A stretch of 64,000 nt of DNA from Lachnospiraceae bacterium (GTDB lineage Bacteria; Bacillota; Clostridia; Lachnospirales; Lachnospiraceae). The position numbers were made by a program, and so were the translations under genes. Below the pieces are notes generated by a model that saw only the letters and a list, made by a program, of their open reading frames with translations, did no database searches and was not told the DNA's origin. Positions 1 through 8,474 of this stretch are shown in pieces. How positions within the stretch are numbered: the first letter of the stretch is position 1; the number at the start of each line of letters is the position of its first letter. The stretch is taken from NCBI GenBank assembly GCA_011959105.1, contig BLLU01000197.1, positions 6,350 to 70,349 on the forward strand. The letters are read 5' to 3'.

Positions 1-1338
1 CTCCTCCTTCATGGACAGTCCCGCCGCCATCCTGTGGCCTCCATACTTGGTAAAATACTGCTTTACCCGGCTCATGGCGTCATACATATGGTAAGTCTCT
101 ATGGAACGTCCGGAACCCTTGACCCCCTCCTCTCCCCTGGTCAGCACAAAGACCGGGTGATGATACCGCTCCCTGATCCGTCCGGCGATGATGCCCGCCA
201 GGCTTTCATGCACCTGGGGCAGGTAGAGTACCATTACGGGATCAGGCAGGCCACCCGCCGCTTCCAATTGTTCCACTGCCTGTTCCACCCCCTGGAGCGT
301 CATATTTTTCCGGCTGTCATTCAGGTCTTTCAATTCCCTGGCGGCGGTCATGGCTTCTGTCCTGTCCCGGCTCTCCAACAATTCCAGGGCGCGCCGGGCT
401 GTATCCAGCCGCCCGGTGGCATTGAGGCAGGGCCCCAGGACAAACCCCAGATGATAGGCCGACACCGCCGCAGGTTCCAGACCGTTCACCTCCAGCAGGG
501 CCCGGAGGCCCGGATTTTCACAGGCGCCAAAGCGGCGCAGCCCCTCCCGCACCAAAATCCGATTTTCATCTTTAAGTTCCATCACATCACACACCGTGGC
601 CAGGGCAGCAAAGGGCAGCAACTCCTCTTTCAAGGCTTCCAGCCCCCGAAAAGCCATGCGTTCTCCCAGGGCCGACACCAGCTTGTAAGCCACCACCGCG
701 CCGCAGATTCCCTGCCAGGGATAACCGCAGCCCTCCTGCTTGGGATCGATCACCGCCTCCGCCGGGGGCAGCTGCTGGATTCTGCGGCCCTCTTCTTCCA
801 CATAGGGCACCTCGTGATGGTCCGTCACCACCACCTGCATTCCCAGTTCCCGGGCCCGGGCAATCTGAGGCTGGGCCGCAATACCGTTGTCGCAGGTGAC
901 AATCAGGCCCACCCCATCGGCATGGGCTTCCTCAATCAGAGCGTCATTCAACCCGTACCCGTCCCGGATCCGATGAGGAATGGCGGTATCTACCCTCCCC
1001 CCCATGTCCCGCAGAGCCCTGGTAAGGATATAGGAGGAACATATGCCGTCCACATCATAATCCCCGATCACCCGAATTTTCACATTGTCGGCCATATTGT
1101 TCCGAAGCAGACCCACCGCTTCCTCCATGCCTTTCAGCAGCCAGGGGCTGTAACAATCGGCCAAGGTGCCTCCCAGAAACTTCCCCACCTCTTCCGGCTC
1201 CGTGATATCCCTGTTCCGAATAATCCGGGCCAACACCGGGCTGATGCCGAACTGCCTTGCCCAACTCTCAAAATCCGCCTTTTTGGCAGCTACCATCCAC
1301 TTTTCCATCCCGTCTTCTTTCCTCCGCTCCTTTTCCAT
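1..1338 (-). CDS. recJ: Single-stranded-DNA-specific exonuclease RecJ, N-terminal 446 codons (3' end runs off the left window edge)
   Basis: Absent from the ORF track because it is open at nt 1. My translation from ATG 1338 gives MEKERRKEDGMEKWMVAAKKADFESWARQFGISPVLARIIRNRDI...KIRVIGDYDVDGICSSYIL...VTCDNGIAAQPQIARARELGMQVVVTDHHEVP (DHH motifs in RecJ order). The same frame at nt 1-240 reads ...AGIIAGRIRERYHHPVFVLTRGEEGVKGSGRSIETYHMYDAM...YGGHRMAAGLSMKEE. The plus ORF 34..1368 is its antisense shadow. Confidence 0.85.
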   Translation of the reverse strand, partial: MEKERRKEDGMEKWMVAAKKADFESWARQFGISPVLARIIRNRDITEPEEVGKFLGGTLADCYSPWLLKGMEEAVGLLRNNMADNVKIRVIGDYDVDGICSSYILTRALRDMGGRVDTAIPHRIRDGYGLNDALIEEAHADGVGLIVTCDNGIAAQPQIARARELGMQVVVTDHHEVPYVEEEGRRIQQLPPAEAVIDPKQEGCGYPWQGICGAVVAYKLVSALGERMAFRGLEALKEELLPFAALATVCDVMELKDENRILVREGLRRFGACENPGLRALLEVNGLEPAAVSAYHLGFVLGPCLNATGRLDTARRALELLESRDRTEAMTAARELKDLNDSRKNMTLQGVEQAVEQLEAAGGLPDPVMVLYLPQVHESLAGIIAGRIRERYHHPVFVLTRGEEGVKGSGRSIETYHMYDAMSRVKQYFTKYGGHRMAAGLSMKEE

Positions 1339-1348
1339 GGAAAAGAGT

Positions 1349-3286
1349 TTATCTCACCAGTATCTTGAAAAATCTGTTCTTTCCCATTTTCAGTGTATGT
1401 TCCGTCCCGACTGGAAGTGCCAGCGCCTTTACGTCCGTCACCTTCTCTCCGTCCACCTGCGCGCCTCCCTGCTGAAAGATCCGCCGGGCTTCACTCTTGG
1501 TCTTGTAGAAGCCCCCGCCGGCCAGAAGATTGAGAATCTGCTCCCCCTGGACAGGATCGGAACCTCCGTCAATCTCCAGGGACGGCACATCTTCCGGCAT
1601 CTGGTTTTTCTGATATACCATTCTAAAGTGCTCCTGCGCCTGAACCGCCGCCTCTTTTCCGGCGTAGAGCCCGGTGATTTCCAGGGCCAGCATCATCTTC
1701 ACATCTCTCGGATTCACCCCGTCCTCCAACATTTTCTGCAGCTTCGCCACTTCGTCCGGGTGCACATCCGTGCAGAGATTATAGTACTTGAGAATCAGGG
1801 AATCCGGAATCTTCATGATCTTTTCATAGATCACCGCGGCGGGCTCACTGATCCCCACATAATTTCCCAGACTCTTACTCATCTTTTCCACGCCGTCGAT
1901 TCCTTCCAGAAGGGGCATAAAAAGCGTCAACTGGGGCGTCTGTCCATAATCCCTCTGAATATTTCTGCCCATCAGGATATTAAAAGTCTGATCGGTCCCG
2001 CCCAGTTCGATGTCCGCCTCAATGGCCACGGAATCATAGGCCTGCATCAGCGGATAGAAAAATTCGTGCACCGACAGGGGCAGATGATTGGTGTAGCGTT
2101 TGTTAAAATCATCTCTCTCCAGCATTCGGGCCACGGTGCATTTCGCGGCCAGTTCAATCACATCCCCAAAGTTCATTTTGCTCAGCCATTCGCTGTTGAA
2201 ATGCACTTCCGTGCGGTCACGGTCAATAATTTTGAAAATCTGTTCCATATAGGTTTCGGCGTTGCGCTCCACATCTTCCCGGGACAGTTGTTTCCGGGTC
2301 TTGGATTTGCCGGTGGGATCACCGATCATCCCCGTGTAATCCCCGATGATGATCACCGCCTTATGGCCCAGATCCTGCAGCTGACGGATCTTACGCAGCA
2401 CCACGGAATGGCCGATATGGATATCCGGCGCGGAGGGATCCAGCCCCAGCTTAACCCGGAGCGGCCGCCCCTCTCTCCCGGCCTCCGCCAGCTTCCGGCG
2501 GATCTCCGGCGTGGCCGTGCTCTGAGCCACGCCTTTTAGCATAATCGCAATCTGGTTCTCTATCTCCTTTTCCTCTTCCGTCATAAAGCCGAAGCGTATT
2601 TCATCGTTCTCCCGGTTGATAACGCCAAATTCCGCCTCCACAGAAAAGAATTCCCGAATTCGGGATACCAGTTCGGCACAGGCCGCTTCCACCTGTTCCC
2701 TGTTGTCATAAAATCCGTCTATGGGGAAAAGGAAATTTTTCGCGGTTTCCGCAACCCGGCCTGCCGGCATTTGCCGCCAGATCCAGCGCCTGGTTCTCAC
2801 AAGATGGCCGGAGACATACACCGGTTCCCCGGGCTTCAGTTCATCCCCCTGCAGATGGTTCTCCTCCATGCCGCAGTCCTCCTCCCCGGCAAGGCGAATC
2901 CACAGATCCTCCTGCAGAGTATCCAGATCGTGTACTCCCACGGGAAGTCTGTACTTTATGGAAATATAATTGCCAAGATCCACCACCGGACTTACCGCCG
3001 GGAATTCCCCCTTCTTGGAAATCCTGGTGAGGATGGCTTCAATGGAACAGGGGTATTTGGAAGGATTGACGCCGAGTTCCTTCATCGCGCAGCGATACAA
3101 CTGCAGATCTTCGTCCTCTTTCAGGTTTTTTCCGCTTAACGCCCCGGCAGCCGCTTCCACCTCCCCTCGAAGCAGCTGCCCGATTTTCTCATTGGGGGAT
3201 TGATTGTCCAGCCCCATGGCCGTAACCACTCCGATGTAAATCCCGCTCCTTAATTCCAGAATTTTCTTTTCAACTCTTAAAAACAT
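1349..3286 (-). CDS. tyrS: Tyrosine--tRNA ligase with an N-terminal B3/4 (COG3382, PheRS-beta-like) domain, 645 aa
   Basis: The C-terminal 411 aa carry class I signatures HIGH (DIHIGHSVVL) and KMSKS plus an S4-like tail (KSEARRIFQQGGAQVDGEKV). The N-terminal 234 aa match the B3/4 pattern (YRCAMKELGVNPSKYPCSIEAILTRISKKGEFPAVSPVVDLGNYISIKYRLPVGVHDLD...PGEPVYVSG..VRTRRWIWRQ). I place the start at ATG 3286, which has SD GGAGG 9 nt upstream. Track codons 3287-3352 overlap the T-box terminator. Confidence 0.85.
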   Translation of the reverse strand: MFLRVEKKILELRSGIYIGVVTAMGLDNQSPNEKIGQLLRGEVEAAAGALSGKNLKEDEDLQLYRCAMKELGVNPSKYPCSIEAILTRISKKGEFPAVSPVVDLGNYISIKYRLPVGVHDLDTLQEDLWIRLAGEEDCGMEENHLQGDELKPGEPVYVSGHLVRTRRWIWRQMPAGRVAETAKNFLFPIDGFYDNREQVEAACAELVSRIREFFSVEAEFGVINRENDEIRFGFMTEEEKEIENQIAIMLKGVAQSTATPEIRRKLAEAGREGRPLRVKLGLDPSAPDIHIGHSVVLRKIRQLQDLGHKAVIIIGDYTGMIGDPTGKSKTRKQLSREDVERNAETYMEQIFKIIDRDRTEVHFNSEWLSKMNFGDVIELAAKCTVARMLERDDFNKRYTNHLPLSVHEFFYPLMQAYDSVAIEADIELGGTDQTFNILMGRNIQRDYGQTPQLTLFMPLLEGIDGVEKMSKSLGNYVGISEPAAVIYEKIMKIPDSLILKYYNLCTDVHPDEVAKLQKMLEDGVNPRDVKMMLALEITGLYAGKEAAVQAQEHFRMVYQKNQMPEDVPSLEIDGGSDPVQGEQILNLLAGGGFYKTKSEARRIFQQGGAQVDGEKVTDVKALALPVGTEHTLKMGKNRFFKILVR

Positions 3287-3328
3287 TTTTCGGCCCTCCT
3301 GTTTTGGTTCCCCATACGCAAAAAAAGC

Positions 3329-3632
3329 AAAATAAAAACCCGCCCTGTTCAAAAGGGCGAGTTTGTTCGCGTTACCACCTAATGTTTACGGACACCTCAC
3401 GGTGTTCGTCTCATGCAGTATCCCATGCAAAGTGTAAAATACATGGCAAATACCTGGGCATATAACGGTGCCTCCCGGCATATCCTACTGTGATTTCAGT
3501 ATGCGACTCCAAGATGTATTCGCAGTGCTGTTCTTCCGCGCCTCTCATCAACCGGCTGCTTTCTGTGGAGCATTCACACTGTTACTGATTCTTTTCCCTG
3601 TCTTTGTATATGCAGTTTTTGTGAATTCACTT
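3329..3632 (-). promoter_or_regulatory. T-box leader with tyrosine specifier (UAC) and intrinsic terminator, upstream of tyrS
   Basis: The minus strand reads ...GAUGAGAGGCGCGGAAGAACAGCACUGCGAAUACAUCUUGGAG... with GAA-UAC-A at plus 3516-3518. The conserved T-box sequence AAACAUUAGGUGGUAACGCG lies at plus 3361-3387. It is followed by terminator CGCCCUUUUGAACAGGGCGGGUUUUUAUUUU (plus 3329-3361). Confidence 0.8.
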
Positions 3633-3638
3633 CGGTTA

Positions 3639-3668
3639 ATTATATATTCAGCCGCCGGTGTTTGTCAA
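3639..3668 (-). promoter_or_regulatory. Sigma-A type promoter for the tyrS leader
   Basis: Minus strand TTGACA (3668-3663), 18-nt spacer, TATAAT (3644-3639). Confidence 0.55.
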
Positions 3669-3825
3669 CTTTTTTCGGAAAATTTCCTCTGCTGTATGAG
3701 CCATCCATGATCAAACACGGCGATAGAGTCACAGAACCGGCAGCTTGACAGCCTGTGACTGATAAACACCACGGTTTTATTCTCCACCAGCGTGTTGAAA
3801 TTCTCATAGACTTCCCTAATCGAAC
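3665..3825 (-). pseudogene. C-terminal fragment of an ABC-transporter ATPase (gene remnant)
   Basis: Only the last ~50 codons of ORF 3665..3937 look like protein: REVYENFNTLVENKTVVFISHRLSSCRFCDSIAVFDHGWLIQQ, which is the H-loop/C-terminal region of ABC ATPases. No Walker A, signature or Walker B lies upstream; that space is occupied by the 3' end of the PepSY gene. Confidence 0.45.
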
Positions 3826-4877
3826 TCCTTCTCAAAACCGAGCACTTCGCCTGTAACCGCGTCCACATCGCAGGCGTATTCTGTCCGTCCCACATGCCAC
3901 TCGATCTCAAACTCGGCGCGCCCGTCGTCATAATCATAAGAGACTTCCAGGAACTGCGCTTCCTCTTCGGCTACACCTGCATATTCCAGGGCGATTTCCT
4001 TCGCCTTGTCCCCGGTGATTTGTCCATCCCCCGTCGGGCTGTCACCGCCGGTTCCCTGGGGATAATACTCCGCATCATGATCGAAGGAGAGGATCTTCCC
4101 GGTGAGCGCGTCAATGTCGTAGTCATACTCCGTCCGGGTGCTGTCCTGATAAAATTCCACATCGTATTGCCAGATTCCATCCTCCAGTTCCAGTTTCGTA
4201 TGAGCAAAGCCCACCTCTTCTTCTTTCAGACCGGCATGTTCCAGGGCCACACGCTTTGCCGCTTCCAGACCGATATACTGCCCTTCCCGGACATCAGACT
4301 GAGCGGTTCCGGGCCCTGATTGGATGGCTCCAGGCTCCGGCTGAGTGGCTCCAGGTTCTGACTGGGCGGCTCCGGGCTCCGGTTGAGTGGCCACGGCCTG
4401 AAGCGTTCCCTGGGGCACGCTCTCGAGATCATAATCACCGATCTCGCAGTTCATGGAAAGAATCTCCCCCGTAGCCGCGTTCACCCTGTAGTCATATGCC
4501 GCATCTGCACTGATAAATTCCAGATCATATGTGGAAGAACCGCTCTCTGAATCCAGATGAACCCGAACAAACCGCACCTCCTCCTCCGAAAGCCCCGCAT
4601 TGCCCAGGGCAGCAGCCTTCGCCTCCGCCATCGTGATAGTGTCGGCAATCTGGCCCTCCTCATTTTCCCGACCGCCCTCGGCCTCCGACTGCCCCGGCAA
4701 GTTCTGCCCGCCGGATTGTCCCGGCATATCTGCCTGACCTGCCGCTCCCGTCGGCTCCGATGAATTCTGCTGTTCCTGCTCCCCGGATATTGACCCGGGC
4801 GTCTTTCCACTGCATCCCGCAAACAGAATCAGGCCGCAAACCAAAAGGATACTTTTGAAAATCATATGTTTTACCAT
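3816..4877 (-). CDS. Secreted lipoprotein with three PepSY domains
   Basis: Lipobox LFAGCSG follows a signal peptide. There are three PepSY-like repeats (ITMAEAKAAALGNAGLSEEEV..., IGLEAAKRVALEHAGLKEEEV..., ITGDKAKEIALEYAGVAEEEA...). The start is taken at ATG 4877, which has an upstream GGGAGGAG. Confidence 0.8.
   Translation of the reverse strand: MVKHMIFKSILLVCGLILFAGCSGKTPGSISGEQEQQNSSEPTGAAGQADMPGQSGGQNLPGQSEAEGGRENEEGQIADTITMAEAKAAALGNAGLSEEEVRFVRVHLDSESGSSTYDLEFISADAAYDYRVNAATGEILSMNCEIGDYDLESVPQGTLQAVATQPEPGAAQSEPGATQPEPGAIQSGPGTAQSDVREGQYIGLEAAKRVALEHAGLKEEEVGFAHTKLELEDGIWQYDVEFYQDSTRTEYDYDIDALTGKILSFDHDAEYYPQGTGGDSPTGDGQITGDKAKEIALEYAGVAEEEAQFLEVSYDYDDGRAEFEIEWHVGRTEYACDVDAVTGEVLGFEKEFD
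4305..4391. repeat. 21-bp tandem repeat (about 4 units) encoding the (A/T)Q(P/S)EPGA linker of the PepSY protein
   Basis: Consecutive units ggctccaggctccggctgagt / ggctccaggttctgactgggc / ggctccgggctccggttgagt, plus one degenerate unit upstream. Confidence 0.7.
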
Positions 4878-5118
4878 CGTAGTTTTTCTCCTCCCATTCG
4901 TTTTCTTCCAATGCAATGTATTGCTGGTCTTATAGATTTTAGCACAAACCCATTTGCATTTCTACTGGAAGTTTTTTTGTGGGGAAACTGCTATGATGCG
5001 GGTTCCCGACGTGAGATATTTCGGATTATGGGTAAATCAATAATGACCGGCTTTGCGTCTTATGATTGTCACATCAAAAGCGCTTGTCCTCCTTTTTCAA
5101 TCGACTATTCTGGCTTGA

Positions 5119-5164
5119 AACAAAACAAGCTGCAGATCTCGGATCATTTCAGCATCTGCAGCTT
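5119..5164 (-). terminator. Rho-independent terminator at the distal border of the rlmD islet
   Basis: Perfect 11-bp stem AAGCTGCAGAT/ATCTGCAGCTT (5127-5137 and 5154-5164), followed on the minus strand by UUGUUUUGUUU. Confidence 0.55.
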
Positions 5165-5466
5165 ATCTATTCAAATTCCTATTCGATTATGAGGCTTACT
5201 TATCAGTGTTAGAACGCTTCCCTTCGTTATTGATGCGGCAGTAATCAGCCCTCTCTACATCCAGAGTTATACAGGATTCCTTCTTCTTTTTGGATATTGC
5301 TCAATAGGCATACCGTCTCCACATGTTCATCATTGTCCAAACCTATACTTAAATCATTTTCAATAATCGGTAGCTTAAACCGAATTGATTTAAGCCACTG
5401 ACCACCCCTCATGGCTGTTATCCCATTTGTGCAACGGTCGCTGCACTTTTGCTGTTAATTTTGTTA

Positions 5467-6543
5467 TTATTCTAATTCTTTTTCTATTTCTTCAATAGAA
5501 GGCAAACTGCTCTGGAACTCCTCTGGCAAAGACTGTGTGAGTTGATTCTGCCAATCTGCAACACCAATCGGGTTCTGATAACCAGATAAAGAATATTCCA
5601 CTACAGTTTTATTCTTACCCTTAACCAATAAAAGTCCGATTGTAGGTTTATCATCAGGATGGCACAAAATATCATTTACTATATTCTGATACATATTTAA
5701 CTGACTGATAAATCCCGGCTCAAAATCACAGGCTTTTAATTCTATCACGACATAGCAACGTAATTTCAAGTGATAAAACAAAAGATCTAAATAAAAATCC
5801 TGCCCTCCAACCTCTAAATGAACCTGCCGCCCAACAAATGCAAATCCCTGTCCTAATTCTAATAGAAAACTTTGAATATGTTCTGTTAGTTTCTGTTCTA
5901 TTTCCACCTCACGTCTTGGCATATCGGTTCCCAAAAAGTCAAACAAATAAGGATCTTTAAATATCTGATTCGCCATATCAGAATCAAGCGATGGCAATGC
6001 CACAGGGAAATTGTTGACTGTTTTTCCAGTACGTTCCATTAATTTACTTTGTATCTGTAACTCAAGTATCGTTTTACTCCAACCATTTTCTATTGTTTTA
6101 CCAGAATACCATATGCGTTCTTCCTGTGTTTTTAATTTATCCATCAAAGTAATATTTGTCCGCCATGGTATTTGTGCAACGACCCGTTGCACAATTTCAT
6201 AATCCCCCCAACACTGGGCAAATTTTCGCATATACTTAATATTACGTGGAGAAAAGCCGGACATTTCTGGAAAAGCAATTTTCAGATCCTTTGACATACG
6301 GTCAATAACCTTTGCACCCCATCCCTCTTCCTCTTGTTTTTTCAAAATAGCCCTGCCAATATTCCAGTAAAGGCAAATCATGCTTATATTGGCGTTCATT
6401 ACAACGGAAACTCTCTGCTTTTGAATCTCTTTCTTGATTTCTTCTATAAATTGCAAATAACTATCACTCATTTCAAAAAGATTTGGAGCAACAGGAAAAA
6501 TCACTCCCTCTTTATCTTTTCCCATGTGCTTTCGTTTATCCAT
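5467..6543 (-). CDS. DUF1016 / YhcG-family PDDEXK nuclease
   Basis: The N-terminal region is typical of DUF1016 (ICLYWNIGRAILKKQEEEGWGAKVIDRMSKDLKIAFPEMSGFSPRNIKYMRKFAQCW). The C-terminal restriction-endonuclease-like core reads DLLFYHLKLRCYVVIELK. SD AAAGGAGAG lies upstream. Confidence 0.85.
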   Translation of the reverse strand: MDKRKHMGKDKEGVIFPVAPNLFEMSDSYLQFIEEIKKEIQKQRVSVVMNANISMICLYWNIGRAILKKQEEEGWGAKVIDRMSKDLKIAFPEMSGFSPRNIKYMRKFAQCWGDYEIVQRVVAQIPWRTNITLMDKLKTQEERIWYSGKTIENGWSKTILELQIQSKLMERTGKTVNNFPVALPSLDSDMANQIFKDPYLFDFLGTDMPRREVEIEQKLTEHIQSFLLELGQGFAFVGRQVHLEVGGQDFYLDLLFYHLKLRCYVVIELKACDFEPGFISQLNMYQNIVNDILCHPDDKPTIGLLLVKGKNKTVVEYSLSGYQNPIGVADWQNQLTQSLPEEFQSSLPSIEEIEKELE

Positions 6544-6566
6544 AAGCGCTCTCCTTTATCTATTCC

Positions 6567-8255
6567 TTAATCATGGATGACAGTATTAAGTTTCTCTTCA
6601 AGTTGCTTACACTTTGTTGAATTTTTAAAAATATTGGCAGGATAAGACTCTGGAAAAAGTTCATCCATAAATTGTGTTGTTTGATCTACAAGTACATCAA
6701 CCAAAGAGATTACACTATTTCGGATACTATCTTTATCTATAACACACATGTTAAAATTCTCATCTTGTCCTTTATCCCTCAAAATAAAATGTAAAATAAA
6801 CCTATTAGCATGAATGCAGACCAGACGTTCCCTATTGTTATTTACATGCTCTTTCTTATCTTGCAAACATTGCTCAGCTTCTCTCATATATAAAACAGAA
6901 TTTAAAAGTGCATATGAATTTGTCGATCGATTCATTAATGCCTTATATGGTGTTTTAGTAATGTCCTCAGATAACGCCCCAATATTGCCTTTAGCAATTA
7001 CAGTATACGATATATCTGCATGTAAGCATGCTAACGCCACAATTGCTTCATCAAAAGAAATTTGCTTCTCTAAATTTGTAATTTTATCACCACTCTTATA
7101 GAGATACGAGTAATGAGCAAACGTCAACTCTGTCCGTAATCTATCCTGTTCAGGATCAAGCGCTGCAAAATCTTTATTCTCGATTCTATTTTGTGTATTA
7201 GATAATCTTGTAATTTGTGTAGTTGTTTCTGTGTCAACACTACTCAGATCAATTATTTGAATCATGACTATCGCTTTTGAAACTTGTTCTGGATTATCTA
7301 AAAACAAGGAGCCTATCGTACCTGTTGTCTGCGCTCCATTAACAAGAGAAACGCCCTCCAAAGCAAATAATCCTGTTGCATTAGTTGTACTATCCTTTGC
7401 TTTTCGCTTAATAGATTTACATAACAATTTAATCCCGTTATTGTAATAGTAAAACTTTTCTGGTTCTTGTAAAAGGACTTTTTTCATACCTTCATTTACA
7501 TCTGTATTTCCCTTATAAAATCGAATGTTTTTTGCGAACAAAGCATTTCCATAATTTTTATACCATTCACCTACTGTTGCTGCTGAAATAGTTCCGTAAT
7601 AAGAAACAAAAGGAACATCCACTTTTCCCCAATTGGATAAAATAACATCATCAATATTAATTCCCAGCTGCTCTTGCCCATTCGCCAAAAAAGTATATAT
7701 ATCCTTAAAATTAAGCTCGTCAAACAATAAAATCGTACTTATCTCATCATTTGTTTTTCCCATCAGCTGCAAAATTGGGCGCAATATATAATCATTTGCA
7801 TTTTGATTTCCTGTATGTATAAATATGGCATGTATTTGATACCCCATTTGCGTTAAGGCCACATCTATATCAATACTCTTTGCCATTATTTTAGCATTTG
7901 AACCTGCCAAATCCTCTTCCAATACTCTCTGAACTCCTTGAACAAAATTAGACATTTCGTCTTGAGTAATGGAACCGCCTCCGTCTGATCGCCATTTACT
8001 TTGAACAATAAATAATTTTTTCTGAGTTTCATCCAAATATATCGCATCAATTCCCATATCATGGTAACCATCTGTAACATGAACACTCGCCTGCGACACT
8101 TCAAGGCCAGATGTCATAATTAATGCAAATGCCGCTAAGGCTCTCGTTTCAAAATGTCCATTTGTATCATTAGGAATATCTGCCATGTCGATTTTACCTT
8201 GAAACATTTCCTGAATCCGTACCTGCACTCGACGCATATTAATATTATTTGCCAT
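6567..8255 (-). CDS. AIPR-family (abortive infection phage resistance) protein
   Basis: The N-terminal part reads HVTDGYHDMGIDAIYLDETQKKLFIVQSKWRSDGGG, and the central motif is LVNGAQTTGTIG; both are characteristic of AIPR (PF10592-like). This was recognised by eye, not searched. Confidence 0.75.
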   Translation of the reverse strand: MANNINMRRVQVRIQEMFQGKIDMADIPNDTNGHFETRALAAFALIMTSGLEVSQASVHVTDGYHDMGIDAIYLDETQKKLFIVQSKWRSDGGGSITQDEMSNFVQGVQRVLEEDLAGSNAKIMAKSIDIDVALTQMGYQIHAIFIHTGNQNANDYILRPILQLMGKTNDEISTILLFDELNFKDIYTFLANGQEQLGINIDDVILSNWGKVDVPFVSYYGTISAATVGEWYKNYGNALFAKNIRFYKGNTDVNEGMKKVLLQEPEKFYYYNNGIKLLCKSIKRKAKDSTTNATGLFALEGVSLVNGAQTTGTIGSLFLDNPEQVSKAIVMIQIIDLSSVDTETTTQITRLSNTQNRIENKDFAALDPEQDRLRTELTFAHYSYLYKSGDKITNLEKQISFDEAIVALACLHADISYTVIAKGNIGALSEDITKTPYKALMNRSTNSYALLNSVLYMREAEQCLQDKKEHVNNNRERLVCIHANRFILHFILRDKGQDENFNMCVIDKDSIRNSVISLVDVLVDQTTQFMDELFPESYPANIFKNSTKCKQLEEKLNTVIHD

Positions 8256-8273
8256 CTTTCGTTTACACCTTCC

Positions 8274-8474
8274 TTACTGTATCATCTTAAAATGTTCCAA
8301 CGCTTCCCTTATAGCAGCTTCTTTCTCTGGTGGGCATTTCGGTTGTCTGGAATTTTCCGATTTTGGCAGATTATAATTTGCCCTCTCAATAATCCCACAT
8401 TTCTGTTTTACCTGTGCAATATACAAGTTGCTGACTTTCAATCCGCTTTTCTTCAGAACATAATCCTTGATTTC
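8274..8474 (-). other. 66-codon in-frame continuation of rlmD beyond a TAG stop (C-terminal tail module)
   Basis: The same frame as rlmD reads ...TAAENKAIY-TAG-EIKDYVLKKSGLKVSNLYIAQVKQKCGIIERANYNLPKSENSRQPKCPPEKEAAIREALEHFKMIQ-TAA. TAG is at 8475-8477 and TAA at 8274-8276. Confidence 0.6.

Noticed and set aside
34-2539. Long plus-strand ORFs 34..1368 (444 aa) and 1166..2539 (457 aa)
   Set aside because: They are antisense to recJ and tyrS, whose translations carry unmistakable family motifs. Their own translations are H/R/P/G/Q-rich with no recognisable domain, which is typical of shadow ORFs in GC-rich coding DNA.
3287-3352. 22-codon N-terminal extension of the tyrS ORF (TTG start at 3352)
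   Set aside because: These codons coincide with the T-box terminator stem and U-tract. ATG 3286 has a proper SD.
3665-3937. Full 90-aa ORF as an intact small gene
   Set aside because: Only the C-terminal ~50 residues look like protein (an ABC ATPase end). The N-terminal part overlaps the PepSY gene in another frame and has implausible composition.
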